64,000 nt of DNA, taken from NCBI GenBank assembly GCA_964395625.1, contig CAYNAR010000004.1, positions 8,310-72,309 of the forward strand, written 5' to 3'. Source of the stretch: an uncultured Gammaproteobacteria bacterium (lineage in GTDB: Bacteria > Patescibacteriota > Patescibacteriia > Patescibacteriales > WJLG01). The position numbers were made by a program, and so were the translations under genes. Numbering within the stretch: the stretch's first letter is position 1; each line of letters starts with the position of its first letter. Under the pieces are notes generated by a model that was not told the DNA's origin, did no database searches, and worked only from the letters and a program-made list of their open reading frames with translations. Below are positions 1 to 9,121 of this stretch, in pieces.

Positions 1-513
1 GTTTCAATGAGGGATAATAACGGACGAGGCGAGGCTGGTATAATGATAATGAACGCCGGATTGGTGCGCTATCCTTGGTATATCGCCATCTGGAAGGGCA
101 TAGTCGTCTCTTTCGCCACCATTTGGTTGATAATAACTTCTTTCTGGGGCGTTATAGGTAATTTGATAATGGGGCATGGCATGACCACGGAAGTCGTCGG
201 ACCTGTCGGAATAGCCTCAATGACCGGCCAATACGCTCGCTTGGGGTTCGTTTATCTGATGCAATTCACAGCACTGCTTTCTTTGAATTTGGCCGTGATA
301 AATTTCTTGCCGTTTCCGGCTTTGGACGGAGGAAGGATTATCTTCTTGATTATAGAGAAATTCAAAGGTTCTCCTGTCAGGAAGGATTGGGAGGCGGCCA
401 TACATAGTGCGGGATTCTTCTTCTTGATCGCTCTGATAGTCTTGGTGACGGTCCGCGATTTGACCAAGGTGGCGGGGAAGTTCAAAATCCTTTTAGAGAG
501 AATATTCAATTAA
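1..513 (+). CDS. rseP: RIP/site-2 zinc metalloprotease (M50, RseP-like), C-terminal part; the 5' end lies upstream of the window
   Basis: Frame 1 is open from nt 1. The tail has TM helices and the C-terminal M50 motif 'LNLAVINFLPFPALDGGRIIF' typical of RseP. TAA at 511-513. Confidence 0.75.
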   Translation, partial: VSMRDNNGRGEAGIMIMNAGLVRYPWYIAIWKGIVVSFATIWLIITSFWGVIGNLIMGHGMTTEVVGPVGIASMTGQYARLGFVYLMQFTALLSLNLAVINFLPFPALDGGRIIFLIIEKFKGSPVRKDWEAAIHSAGFFFLIALIVLVTVRDLTKVAGKFKILLERIFN

Positions 514-515
514 GA

Positions 516-540
516 GATGCGCGTCGATTATTCGCGCATC
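516..540 (+). terminator. GC-rich hairpin just after the rseP stop (atypical terminator candidate)
   Basis: 8-bp stem GATGCGCG (516-523) / CGCGCATC (533-540) with a 9-nt loop. It is followed by an A-run rather than a U-run, so its function is uncertain. Confidence 0.3.
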
Positions 541-553
541 GTAAAAAAATAAA

Positions 554-1204
554 ATGAAAAAGTTTTTATTCTTATTGGCGACTATGATGCTTTTGGCCGG
601 CTGTTCCGAGCAGAAACTTGCTCAGTCAGAAGAAAATAAAGCGACGGCGCCACAACAAAAAAATATGAACAATGGAGTCAATAAGGCCGATCCTAATTCT
701 TTCGAGGATCTGACCAAGGAATACAAAGGAGCGATTTTGAAGACCGATCAGGGCGATATCGAAGTGGATTTCTATGTCAGCGAATCGCCGATGACGGTCA
801 ATAACTTTTTGAATCTTTCCAAGATCGGTTTCTATAATGGAACTTCCTTCCATAGAGTCATCAAGGATTTCATGATTCAAGGAGGTGATGCCAATTCCAA
901 AGACGATGATTGGGATAATGACGGACGAGGCAATCCCGGATATCGTTTTTCCGACGAGTTCAATAGCCATCCTTTGGTGCGCGGTTCTTTGGCCATGGCC
1001 AATTCCGGACCGAACACTAACGGCTCCCAGTTCTTCATCGTTACCGCGGAGTCGACTCCTTGGTTGGATGGAAAGCATACTAATTTCGGTCAGGTCGTGA
1101 AGGGGATGGATGTGGTCGACAAGATAGAGAATCTTCCGGTTAATGAGAACGATCATCCGACTGCCGATGCCAAGGTCAACAGTGTAGAATTGATAAAGAA
1201 ATAA
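554..1204 (+). CDS. Cyclophilin-type peptidyl-prolyl cis-trans isomerase, predicted lipoprotein
   Basis: Cyclophilin signatures 'FHRVIKDFMIQGGD', 'GSLAMANSGPNTNGSQFFI' and 'LDGKHTNFGQVVKGMDVV'. N-terminal signal with canonical lipobox 'LLAGC'. Confidence 0.9.
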   Translation: MKKFLFLLATMMLLAGCSEQKLAQSEENKATAPQQKNMNNGVNKADPNSFEDLTKEYKGAILKTDQGDIEVDFYVSESPMTVNNFLNLSKIGFYNGTSFHRVIKDFMIQGGDANSKDDDWDNDGRGNPGYRFSDEFNSHPLVRGSLAMANSGPNTNGSQFFIVTAESTPWLDGKHTNFGQVVKGMDVVDKIENLPVNENDHPTADAKVNSVELIKK

Positions 1205-1215
1205 GAATATCGTAG

Positions 1216-1246
1216 AAAATCCAAGGAAATCGCCTTGGATTTTTCT
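1216..1246 (+). terminator. Rho-independent terminator after the cyclophilin gene
   Basis: aaaatccaagg (1216-1226) / ccttggatttt (1233-1243), 11-bp stem with a 6-nt loop, running into a T-rich tail. Confidence 0.7.
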
Positions 1247-1259
1247 TAGGCATCCTGAA

Positions 1260-1288
1260 TTGACATTTTGTTAAAAATAAGTTATATT
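1260..1288 (+). promoter_or_regulatory. sigma70-type promoter for rlmN
   Basis: -35 TTGACA (1260-1265), 17-nt spacer, -10 TATATT (1283-1288). ATG at 1320. Confidence 0.5.
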
Positions 1289-1319
1289 TATTTTTATTGA
1301 ACAATAATCGTTAAATATA

Positions 1320-2324
1320 ATGAATATCGCTAAAATTCAAGAAATATTAAAAGACGAACCGAAGTTCAGGACCAAGCAGGTCTATGAGGCGGTTTTTTCT
1401 AAGTTTGTCGAAAGTTGGGATGAGATAACCGTTCTTCCGGCCGCTCTGCGCGAGAGATTGAAGATTGAGGCGCCTCTGGATATAGAAGCTGAGGTTTTAG
1501 AGTCCTCAAACGGTGAAACCGCTAAAGCAGTTATTATGGTTCCTGGTGGGGCGGTCGAGGCTGTTTTGATGCGCCATGAAGATCGCAACACCGTTTGCGT
1601 CTCTTCGCAACTGGGTTGCAAGATGGCTTGCTCGTTTTGTTATACCGGACAGCATGGTTTTGTTAGGAATTTGGATTCTTACGAGATAGTCGAGCAGGTC
1701 TTGTTGTTCTCTCGTCGCTTGAAGAAGACTAACGAAAGAGTTTCTAACATTGTTTTTATGGGAATGGGCGAACCGTTTTTGAATTATGACGAGGTGATGA
1801 AGGCCGTTCGTTTTTTTAATGATAAAGATACTTTTAATATCGGTGCCAGGAAAATTTCCATATCGACAGTCGGTGTCATAGAAGGTATTAAGAAGTTTGC
1901 CAACGAGCCATTACAGCTTAATTTGGCTATATCGTTGCATGCCCCTAACGAAGGGGTGCGTAATGAGTTGATGCCGATCTCTAAAGTCTATCCTTATAAA
2001 AACTTGCTCAAAACGATCGCCGATTATATCAAGAAGACCAATCGCAAAGTCATGATCGAGTATGTCATGATAAAATACTACAATGATTCGACGGACAATG
2101 CTTTCGAATTGGCCGAGGTTTTAAAGAAGGAGTTGGGGCATCTGTTCACGGTAAATTTGGTCGATTATAATCCGACCGGAAAGTTCCAGGCATCTGAAAA
2201 AGAGGATATCGCCGCTTTTAAAGCGGTTTTGGAAGATGAAGGAATAGAAGTTGTCCAGCGCCACAAGTTTGGTCGCGACATCAAAGCGGCTTGCGGACAA
2301 TTGGCTCGCGGAGAAAGAGATTGA
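1320..2324 (+). CDS. rlmN: 23S rRNA/tRNA (adenine-C2)-methyltransferase RlmN (radical SAM)
   Basis: Radical-SAM cluster motif 'CKMACSFCYTG', 'FMGMGEPFLNY', and C-terminal 'GRDIKAACGQLA' typical of RlmN/Cfr. TGA stop. Confidence 0.9.
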   Translation: MNIAKIQEILKDEPKFRTKQVYEAVFSKFVESWDEITVLPAALRERLKIEAPLDIEAEVLESSNGETAKAVIMVPGGAVEAVLMRHEDRNTVCVSSQLGCKMACSFCYTGQHGFVRNLDSYEIVEQVLLFSRRLKKTNERVSNIVFMGMGEPFLNYDEVMKAVRFFNDKDTFNIGARKISISTVGVIEGIKKFANEPLQLNLAISLHAPNEGVRNELMPISKVYPYKNLLKTIADYIKKTNRKVMIEYVMIKYYNDSTDNAFELAEVLKKELGHLFTVNLVDYNPTGKFQASEKEDIAAFKAVLEDEGIEVVQRHKFGRDIKAACGQLARGERD

Positions 2325-2345
2325 TTTTTTGCTGATAAAATAAAG

Positions 2346-2368
2346 GCCACCAGTATTTAACTGGTGGC
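2346..2368. terminator. Bidirectional hairpin between convergent genes
   Basis: GCCACCAG (2346-2353) / CTGGTGGC (2361-2368) with a 7-nt loop. A-run upstream and T-rich downstream. Confidence 0.6.
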
Positions 2369-2373
2369 TTTGT

Positions 2374-2682
2374 TTAATTTACCGCACTCACGGTGGACAG
2401 GCCATTGTTGTTTATAATAGCTCTTTGTCCCATGATGCGAGGAATCGTCTCTTCGTTAATCAAATCGCTGTACCTGATAAAGAAGTGGTGTTTGGCTTTT
2501 TTTTCGATGCTTTTGTTTGAATCTTTTTTCTTGGCTTTTTTTGCTGTCGCTAATGATATTATTATACCGTTATCTGTTTTTGAACACGACTCTATTGTTC
2601 CTATGAAGGGTCCTTCGAAGATGGACAAGGTTTGGTTGTCTTCTTTGCTGGAGGCTTTCATTATCGTGCATAATAATTCCAT
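2374..2682 (-). CDS. Hypothetical protein (about 102 aa if started at 'MELLCTIMKASS'); possibly the 3' half of a frameshifted gene
   Basis: The supplied ORF 2374..2997 looks protein-like only from its internal Met at 2682. Upstream of that it is Arg/Lys-rich and overlaps the better-looking ORF 2661..3155. Confidence 0.35.
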   Translation of the reverse strand: MELLCTIMKASSKEDNQTLSIFEGPFIGTIESCSKTDNGIIISLATAKKAKKKDSNKSIEKKAKHHFFIRYSDLINEETIPRIMGQRAIINNNGLSTVSAVN

Positions 2683-3155
2683 AGCTTTTTCTCTCCTTTT
2701 TCTGTTATGTAAAAAAGATTGTCGTTGTGTATCGCTATCTGTTTCCCGCACAAATCTTGTCCGGCTGTTCGTTTTTCCGATGGAAAAGGACGGAAGGCGA
2801 TGTTCACGTTTTCCGAGCCGGTATCGACCAGAAGGTTGGTAAAGAATATCTTTTGCCCGAAGCCGAAGGATCCGGTAGCTATCACCTTGCCGGAGATGTC
2901 TCCCGGTTTTGTGATTATAATCTTCGTGTATTTTTTGTTTCGTGTTGATGGGGAGAAAATGACTTCTTTCCCTTTTTCTTTTTGTTGTTTTTCCCATGAC
3001 ACCAAACTAGTATCAGTGGCGATTATCAATGGTTCCGGCTTCCCATTCTTCACTATCTGGTGAGGAAGAGTCAGGCCGTCTATTTTTTCACCGCAATCTA
3101 TTATAGTGCCGGTGAATTGGGGAAATTTTCCACTAAATTGGAAAAAACGCAGCAT
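2661..3155 (-). CDS. Hypothetical protein (164 aa)
   Basis: Beta-rich, non-repetitive translation ('IIATDTSLVSWEK...KIIITKPGDISGKVIATGSFGFGQKIFF'). No family recognised. The last ~40 codons may be out of frame. Confidence 0.45.
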   Translation of the reverse strand: MLRFFQFSGKFPQFTGTIIDCGEKIDGLTLPHQIVKNGKPEPLIIATDTSLVSWEKQQKEKGKEVIFSPSTRNKKYTKIIITKPGDISGKVIATGSFGFGQKIFFTNLLVDTGSENVNIAFRPFPSEKRTAGQDLCGKQIAIHNDNLFYITEKGEKKLWNYYAR

Positions 3156-3276
3156 TTGAAAACCCCTTTCTTTGTGGGTTATTGTTTAAAGAACATTTTT
3201 ATTCGACCTTTGCGGTCGTTTTACGGTTTTTGTATTTTATGATGAAAATTGTCTTTTGTCAAATAGGCGGTCGGAT

Positions 3277-3306
3277 TTGTTTATTTTGTGGTTGCTGGTA
3301 TATAAT
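3277..3306 (+). promoter_or_regulatory. Candidate promoter for the 3361 gene
   Basis: TTGTTT (3277-3282), 16-nt spacer, extended -10 TGgTATATA (3296-3304), with an overlapping TATAAT at 3301-3306. Confidence 0.4.
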
Positions 3307-3360
3307 ATGTATAGAGCTTTGCCTTTTTATGGCAAAAATCTTTAAAAATAAGCAAAAAAT

Positions 3361-4548
3361 ATGAAAAAAAGCTTTTTTTGTCTAACATTGGCACTTTTGT
3401 TTGCTTTAATTTATCAAGTCGATTCGGTGCAAGCGGCTACTTTAGCGCAGACGCTTTCTGGTCGCATCTTGTTGGACGTTCAGAATAAGGGTGAGGCTTG
3501 GTACGTCGATCCGTCCACACAAGAGCGTTACTTTCTCGGTAGACCGACGGACGCCTTCGCCGTTATGCGCAAGCTCGGCGTCGGTATAAACAACGCCAAC
3601 TTTCAAAAGATCGCCCAAGCCGGTACGACCGCTAAAGGTGATTTGAATTTGACCAAGAAATTGTCGGGCAAGATAATTTTGGAAGTCGAGAAGAAGGGTG
3701 AGGCTTGGTATGTCAACCCAGTCGATTTGAAGAAATATTATCTTGGTAAGCCGGCCGACGCTTTCGCCGTGATGAGAAAATTGGGACTTGGTATCAAGTC
3801 GACCGACTTGGCCAAGATTCCGCGCGACCAGAAGGACGATGCCGCCAACAGTCTTAGCAATTATAAATATCGCCAAGAGGTAAAGACCGATAGAGGTGGT
3901 TTTTACGCCGATGTCGTCGAGGTGGCGTTGGGTAAATTAAGCGTCGAGGTAGTGTCGGACACCGCCGGCGTCGAGAAATGCTCCGGTAATTGCCCGACCA
4001 AGGCTCTTTATGACTTCGTCTTTAATCATAAGGCTTTCGCCGCTGTTGGCGGTTATTCCGCGACAGCCCCTTTCTATAACACTCTATCGAAGGTCATGAT
4101 GAATGGCGGTAGTTCCGGTCCACTCATCGCCTTCGACGAGAATAATAAGTTCTATTATTTTTCCAGCGCTTCCGGCATCGGCAACGTCGGCAATTTCGAG
4201 GTCGACCATGGCGCTAAATTGTCGGCCGCTTTCGGCGGAGGTCCAAGGATAATCGAGGATGGAGTCAACGTCTTAAAGAAGACCGGATTCTCTTCCTCGG
4301 AACTCGCTAAGACATATCGCTCCGCTTTCGGCTTCAAGAAGTCCGGCATAAATCCGCAAGGCACTGCTTACTTAGTGACCGTGCGTAACGCCTCTTTAGC
4401 CGATGTCGCCGCCGTCTTGAAAGGGATGGGTATGGACTATGCCGTCTTGCTCGCTTCCGGAGACTCGCCATCGCTTTATTATAACAAGGAATATAAGGTC
4501 GGTCCTGGAAGCAATCAGGCCAACGCGGTGTTGTTCTCTATTAAATAA
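3361..4548 (+). CDS. Secreted phosphodiester glycosidase (NAGPA/DUF2233-like) family protein with a duplicated N-terminal module
   Basis: Signal peptide 'LALLFALIYQVDSVQA'. Two copies of an 'LSG(R/K)I(L/I)L(D/E)V..KGEAWYV.P....Y(F/Y)LG(R/K)P.DAFAVMRKLG(V/L)GI' module. C-terminal part ('FGGGPRIIEDGVNV', 'GMDYAVLLASGDSPSLYY') resembles NAGPA/DUF2233. Confidence 0.6.
   Translation: MKKSFFCLTLALLFALIYQVDSVQAATLAQTLSGRILLDVQNKGEAWYVDPSTQERYFLGRPTDAFAVMRKLGVGINNANFQKIAQAGTTAKGDLNLTKKLSGKIILEVEKKGEAWYVNPVDLKKYYLGKPADAFAVMRKLGLGIKSTDLAKIPRDQKDDAANSLSNYKYRQEVKTDRGGFYADVVEVALGKLSVEVVSDTAGVEKCSGNCPTKALYDFVFNHKAFAAVGGYSATAPFYNTLSKVMMNGGSSGPLIAFDENNKFYYFSSASGIGNVGNFEVDHGAKLSAAFGGGPRIIEDGVNVLKKTGFSSSELAKTYRSAFGFKKSGINPQGTAYLVTVRNASLADVAAVLKGMGMDYAVLLASGDSPSLYYNKEYKVGPGSNQANAVLFSIK
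3454..3826 (+). repeat. Internal tandem duplication (207-nt / 69-aa period) of a ~55-aa module
   Basis: 'LSGRILLDVQNKGEAWYVDPSTQERYFLGRPTDAFAVMRKLGVGI' starts at 3454. 'LSGKIILEVEKKGEAWYVNPVDLKKYYLGKPADAFAVMRKLGLGI' starts at 3661. Confidence 0.85.
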
Positions 4549-4557
4549 AAAATATCG

Positions 4558-4806
4558 ATGAGTCTGCGAGACAAAGGACAGTATTTGAGAATTAAAGTCA
4601 TTCCCGGCTCCGCCAAGACCGAAATCAAGGGAGAGATGGCTGATGGCACCATCAAGGTGGCTATCGCAGCATCTCCGGAGAAGGGTAGGGCTAATAGAGA
4701 GCTGGCTGATTTTTTGGCACGAGAATTAGGAGTCGATAAGAACGATATAACAATAATCAGCGGAGCGGCGACACGCCTCAAGCTGGTCAAAATAAAATAT
4801 GCGTAG
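4558..4806 (+). CDS. DUF167 (YggU) family protein
   Basis: 'IKVIPGSAKTEIKGEMADGTIKVAIAASPEKGRANRELADFLARELGV' matches the UPF0235/DUF167 pattern. 82 aa. Confidence 0.8.
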   Translation: MSLRDKGQYLRIKVIPGSAKTEIKGEMADGTIKVAIAASPEKGRANRELADFLARELGVDKNDITIISGAATRLKLVKIKYA

Positions 4807-5437
4807 AATAGAACAAAGGGTCCCCGAGAAATACGCCTTTCTGCATCAAATGAATCCGGTGGTCAAATTTTTGACCATTTCGGATATTATGGTCATGGGA
4901 GGCTTGGGTTTGATAACGCCGATTTTCGCGGTTTTCATAACCGACCAAGTCAATGGCGGAACGGTCGAGACCGTGGGTATCGCCGGCGGTATCTTTATGT
5001 TCACTCAAAGCATAATGCAAATACCCTTTGGCTACATAATCGATCGCATCAAAGGCGAGAAGGACGATTTTTGGGTGATGTTCTTCGGCACTCTTTTGAT
5101 GGCTTTAATACCGATACTTTATATTTTTTGCGATACGCCTTTGAAGCTCTATATAGTCCAGTTTGTCTACGGTTTGCTGAGCGCGGCCACCTATCCGACT
5201 TGGTATGCTATCTTTACTCGCCACATCGATCGCAATAGGGCCGGTTTCGAGTGGGGTATCTATCAGACCTTGTCCGGTGTTTCGATAGCCGGCTTTTCGG
5301 CCTTGGGAGGTTTTGTGGCCTCGGAGTATGGTTTCCCGGCCTTATTCATAACGGTCAGCGTGGTCTGTTTTATCGGCGGCCTTTTTCTGCTAGGTCTTTA
5401 CCGCCACATGATTAAGGGTGGCATCCTCTGGCGTTGA
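4799..5437 (+). CDS. Six-TM membrane protein, half-size MFS-like
   Basis: Multiple hydrophobic helices and a 'GYIIDRIKGEKD' loop resembling MFS motif A. Overlaps the DUF167 stop by 8 nt. Confidence 0.5.
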   Translation: MRRIEQRVPEKYAFLHQMNPVVKFLTISDIMVMGGLGLITPIFAVFITDQVNGGTVETVGIAGGIFMFTQSIMQIPFGYIIDRIKGEKDDFWVMFFGTLLMALIPILYIFCDTPLKLYIVQFVYGLLSAATYPTWYAIFTRHIDRNRAGFEWGIYQTLSGVSIAGFSALGGFVASEYGFPALFITVSVVCFIGGLFLLGLYRHMIKGGILWR

Positions 5438-5438
5438 T

Positions 5439-6326
5439 ATGGATTTATCTATCATTATAGTCTCTTGGAACGTCCGCGATCGTTTGCGCGATTGTCTGTC
5501 GCGGATTTTTTCTTCTCGAAATGATTTCGACTTCGAGGTATTTGTCGTCGATAATAATTCGGCGGACGGTACAGCCGAGATGGTCAGGCAAAATTTCCCG
5601 CAAGTCAGATTGATTGCCAATGCCGATAATCTTGGTTTCGCCAAAGCCAACAATCAAGCCTTTCGTCAGTCGTCTGGTCGCTATATTCTATTATTGAATC
5701 CGGACACTTTGCCTGATGAGAATACTTTCGATGGATTGGTAAGATGGTTGGATAATAATGCTCAGGCGGATATCGCCGGCGCGCGCCTATTGAACGAGAA
5801 GGGGGAGGTTTTAAGGCATGTCCGAAGATTTCCAACTCTTTTCGACCAAGCGATGGTGGTCCTGAAAGTTCCGCATTTCTTTCCGTCGGTGTTGGATGAT
5901 TATCTGAGGAGGGGTTTCGATTATGAGAGGGCGCAAAAAGTCGATTCGGTACGTGGCGGTTTTATGGCGATGCGCCGTTCATCTTTGTCAAAAATAATCG
6001 GCGAAGAGCGACTGGAGAAGGGCGAAGTTTTGGATGAGAGGTATTTTTTGTGGTTTGAAGAAGTCGATCTTTGTCGCACGGCCAGAGAAGTCGGAGCCGA
6101 AGTCTGGTATACGCCGGCCGTGTCTTGCGTCGATTTCGTTGGGCAGAGCTTTTCTCAAGTCCCGCGCTCGGCGACACAAAGATATTTTCGCGCTTCGATG
6201 CTCTCTTATTTCAAAAAGTGGCATCCCGCCTGGCAAGTTTTTATTTTGAGAATGGTTTGGCCAATCGGGATATTTTTGTCGGTCGCCATTTCCAGAGTGG
6301 GGGTTAAAGGTAAAAATAACACGTAA
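5439..6326 (+). CDS. Glycosyltransferase family 2
   Basis: 'LSIIIVSWNVRDRLRDCL', 'VVDNNSADGT', 'LLNPDT' and 'WFEEVDLCRTA' are GT2 (rhamnosyltransferase-like) motifs. I prefer the ATG at 5439, right after the previous stop, over the 5418 start. Confidence 0.85.
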   Translation: MDLSIIIVSWNVRDRLRDCLSRIFSSRNDFDFEVFVVDNNSADGTAEMVRQNFPQVRLIANADNLGFAKANNQAFRQSSGRYILLLNPDTLPDENTFDGLVRWLDNNAQADIAGARLLNEKGEVLRHVRRFPTLFDQAMVVLKVPHFFPSVLDDYLRRGFDYERAQKVDSVRGGFMAMRRSSLSKIIGEERLEKGEVLDERYFLWFEEVDLCRTAREVGAEVWYTPAVSCVDFVGQSFSQVPRSATQRYFRASMLSYFKKWHPAWQVFILRMVWPIGIFLSVAISRVGVKGKNNT

Positions 6327-6368
6327 TGGATTTTTTCTCAGCGACAAGAATAAATAAGTTTTTATAGG

Positions 6369-7457
6369 ATGTATAAAAAAGTAGCCATAGTGATCAGTCC
6401 TAATTGGCATGATTACGCGGAAAAATATATAGACGATTGCTTGGGCGGGATTATCGTTCAGGATTATCCGGGTGAGATAAAAGTATTCATAACGGATAAC
6501 GAGACTAGCGAGAAGAGCTTCGATTTTTTGCGTTCCAAACTTTTCGCCTTGCAAGGCAAGATAGATTTTGATATCTGGCGCAATGTCGGCAACGACGGAT
6601 TCGCCAAAGGGTGCAACGACTCCATGAAAAAGGCTTTAGACGAAGGATTCGACTACGTCTTCAATCTGAGCATCCATTCGATGATGACGCCTTCGTGCAT
6701 ATCGTCTTTGGTGGAAACGGCCGAGAGCGACGGCGATATCGGCGCTATCCAGGCTCTCTGCCTTCTTTATCCGGAGAAAGAAAAGATATTGAGCTTGGGT
6801 AATACCACTCATTTTTTGGGCTTCGGTTATTGCACCGGATACAAAGAGAAGGCCGAAACTGCCCCCGCCGAAGTTAGGGATATCTTTTATCCGTCGGGCG
6901 GGTCTTTTTTCTTGAAGAGGGAGATTTTAGAGAAGGTCGGCATGTTCGATGAGGAGTATTGGATGTACAACGAGGATCAAGAGCTGGGTTGGAGGATTTG
7001 GCTTTCCGGTTATCGTTGTGTTTTGGCGCCACAAGCCGTGATGTATAGTAAGTACGAGTTTTTGCGTTCGATAAAAAAATATTATTGGATGGATCGTAAT
7101 CGCATTCTAGCCATCTTGGAATGCTACGAGATCAAGACATTGATTTTAATCCTTCCGGCTTTTTTGCTGATGGAAATCGGTCTGTTCTTGTTCTCCTTGA
7201 AGAACGGTTCGCTCGAGCAAAAGACGAAAGTCTGGCGATATTCCTTGACGCCGAAGAATTGGTCGCATATAGTTAAGGCTCGTCGGCGTAATCAATCGCT
7301 CAGGAGGGTCAGCGACAGCGCTTTGACGCGCCTGATCAGCGGAAAGATTTGGTATCAGGAGATAGGGGACTGGAAACTGCGTCTAATCAATCCTCTTTTT
7401 AATTTTTATTGGGGTTTTGTTAGTATCGTTTTGGATATTTTGACTAGAAAAGCTTAA
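6369..7457 (+). CDS. Glycosyltransferase family 2 with C-terminal TM segments
   Basis: 'VAIVISPNW', 'ITDNETSE' and 'MYNEDQELGWR' (ED..L..R motif), plus hydrophobic C-terminal helices. Confidence 0.75.
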   Translation: MYKKVAIVISPNWHDYAEKYIDDCLGGIIVQDYPGEIKVFITDNETSEKSFDFLRSKLFALQGKIDFDIWRNVGNDGFAKGCNDSMKKALDEGFDYVFNLSIHSMMTPSCISSLVETAESDGDIGAIQALCLLYPEKEKILSLGNTTHFLGFGYCTGYKEKAETAPAEVRDIFYPSGGSFFLKREILEKVGMFDEEYWMYNEDQELGWRIWLSGYRCVLAPQAVMYSKYEFLRSIKKYYWMDRNRILAILECYEIKTLILILPAFLLMEIGLFLFSLKNGSLEQKTKVWRYSLTPKNWSHIVKARRRNQSLRRVSDSALTRLISGKIWYQEIGDWKLRLINPLFNFYWGFVSIVLDILTRKA

Positions 7458-7476
7458 GGAAGTATGCTTTTAAGAT

Positions 7477-8256
7477 ATGGATATATCTATAATCATCGTC
7501 AATTACAAGAGCAAAGATAAGGTCGTCAAGTGTCTGGATTCCATAAGAAAAGCCGACTTGGCGGATTTATCCTATGAGATAATCGTCGTAGACAACGCTT
7601 CCGGCGATGATTTTTCGTCGCTTAAAAAAGATTTTTCGGAGATAAAGATAATTCAAAGCGAGAAGAATTCCGGTATGGGCGGAGGAAACAATCTCGGTGT
7701 CGTCGGCTCTAGTGGTGATTTCTTTTTAATCTTAAATCCTGATACGGAAATAAAGGACGATGCAATACCTGTTCTCCTTAATTATTTGAGACAAAATCGC
7801 GATGTCGGCATCGTCGGGCCTAAGCTTTTGAACACCGATGGCACTTTGCAGTATTCGTGTATGCGTTTTCCGAAGGTCTATACCCCTTTTTTAAGGAGGA
7901 CTTTCTTCGGCGCTTTCGCGCAGAAATCATTGAGGGATTTTTTAATGGAGGATTATGACCATGAAGTCGCGCGAGAAGTCGATTGGTTGATGGGGTCGTG
8001 CCTTCTCGTTCGCAGGGATATTTTCGATAAAGACGGATTCCTCTTCGATGAAAAGTATTTCATGTACTTTGAGGACACCGACCTTTGCCGTCGCGTCTGG
8101 CAAAAACACAAGATGAAGGTGGTATATTTACCCTCTGCCGTAGTGGTCCATGATCATGCCAGAGCTAGCGCCGAGAATCCTTGGTATGTCGCTCCGTTTA
8201 AGGATAAATTAGCCAGAGAGCATTTGAGGTCTTGGTTTAAATATTTTTTTAGATAA
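7477..8256 (+). CDS. Glycosyltransferase family 2
   Basis: 'ISIIIVNYKSKDKVVKCLDS', 'VVDNASGDD', 'ILNPDTE' and 'YFEDTDLCRRV'. Confidence 0.85.
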   Translation: MDISIIIVNYKSKDKVVKCLDSIRKADLADLSYEIIVVDNASGDDFSSLKKDFSEIKIIQSEKNSGMGGGNNLGVVGSSGDFFLILNPDTEIKDDAIPVLLNYLRQNRDVGIVGPKLLNTDGTLQYSCMRFPKVYTPFLRRTFFGAFAQKSLRDFLMEDYDHEVAREVDWLMGSCLLVRRDIFDKDGFLFDEKYFMYFEDTDLCRRVWQKHKMKVVYLPSAVVVHDHARASAENPWYVAPFKDKLAREHLRSWFKYFFR

Positions 8257-8259
8257 AGT

Positions 8260-9120
8260 ATGAGTAAGATTAAAAAAGCCATCGTCGCCGTCGCCGGTTC
8301 GGGGACCAGACTCCTTCCCGCGACCAAGGCCATGCCTAAGGAGATGTTGCCGATAATCGACAAGCCGATCATTCAATTGGTCGTCGAAGAGTTGGCCGAG
8401 GCTGGCATAACCGACATCATATTGGTCACGAAATGGGACAAAAAACCGCTCGAGGACCATTTCGACCATAACCTTTCCTTGTTGGCCGATTTGCGTCGAG
8501 CGGGAAAGGACGTCTTGGCGGACGAGATAGAGCGCGTGGCGAATTTAGCCAACTTCATTTATGTCAGACAACGCCCGCAATATGGCAACGGAGTGCCGGT
8601 TTTGACCGCCGCCAATTTGGTCGGCGACGAGCCGTTCGTTTTTTGTTATGGCGACGACTTGGTCAGATCGAAAAAATCCTTTACCAAATCGATGGTGGAG
8701 GATTATGAGAGATTAAAGAGTCCGATGTTGGCGGTTCAGGAGGTTTTACCTCAGGAGAGAAGTCGTTACGGTATCGTCGAACTTTTAGGGGGGTCCTCTA
8801 GGATAAAAAGAATCGTCGAAAAACCGGCGGAGGGGGAGACGTCGTCTTGCTTGGCGGATTTCGGACGCATGATTTTGAATCGCGAGATAATCGACGAGTT
8901 GGAGAGGACGCCGATCGGCAAGGGTAACGAGCTGTGGCTTACGGACGCTTTGGAGAACTATATAGCCAAAGGCGGAGAGGTCTATGCTAAAAAGGTGGAG
9001 GACGGCGAATGGTTGACAACAGGGGATCCGTGGAATTATCTGCAGGCCAACCTTAAATACGCAATGGAGCGTCCGGAGTTGCGCGCCGAGCTGGAAAAAT
9101 TCTTCAAGAGTAATTTTTAG
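8260..9120 (+). CDS. galU: UTP--glucose-1-phosphate uridylyltransferase
   Basis: N-terminal 'KAIVAVAGSGTRLLPATKAMPKEMLPIIDKPIIQ' is the GalU signature. 286 aa. Confidence 0.88.
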   Translation: MSKIKKAIVAVAGSGTRLLPATKAMPKEMLPIIDKPIIQLVVEELAEAGITDIILVTKWDKKPLEDHFDHNLSLLADLRRAGKDVLADEIERVANLANFIYVRQRPQYGNGVPVLTAANLVGDEPFVFCYGDDLVRSKKSFTKSMVEDYERLKSPMLAVQEVLPQERSRYGIVELLGGSSRIKRIVEKPAEGETSSCLADFGRMILNREIIDELERTPIGKGNELWLTDALENYIAKGGEVYAKKVEDGEWLTTGDPWNYLQANLKYAMERPELRAELEKFFKSNF

Positions 9121-9121
9121 C

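Noticed and set aside
626-1156. Antisense ORFs overlapping conserved housekeeping genes (626..1156 vs cyclophilin, 11992..12576 vs tatD, 13976..14626 and 14918..15295 vs groEL, 10903..11184 vs murA)
   Set aside because: The opposite strand encodes unmistakable conserved proteins, and the antisense translations have no family resemblance.
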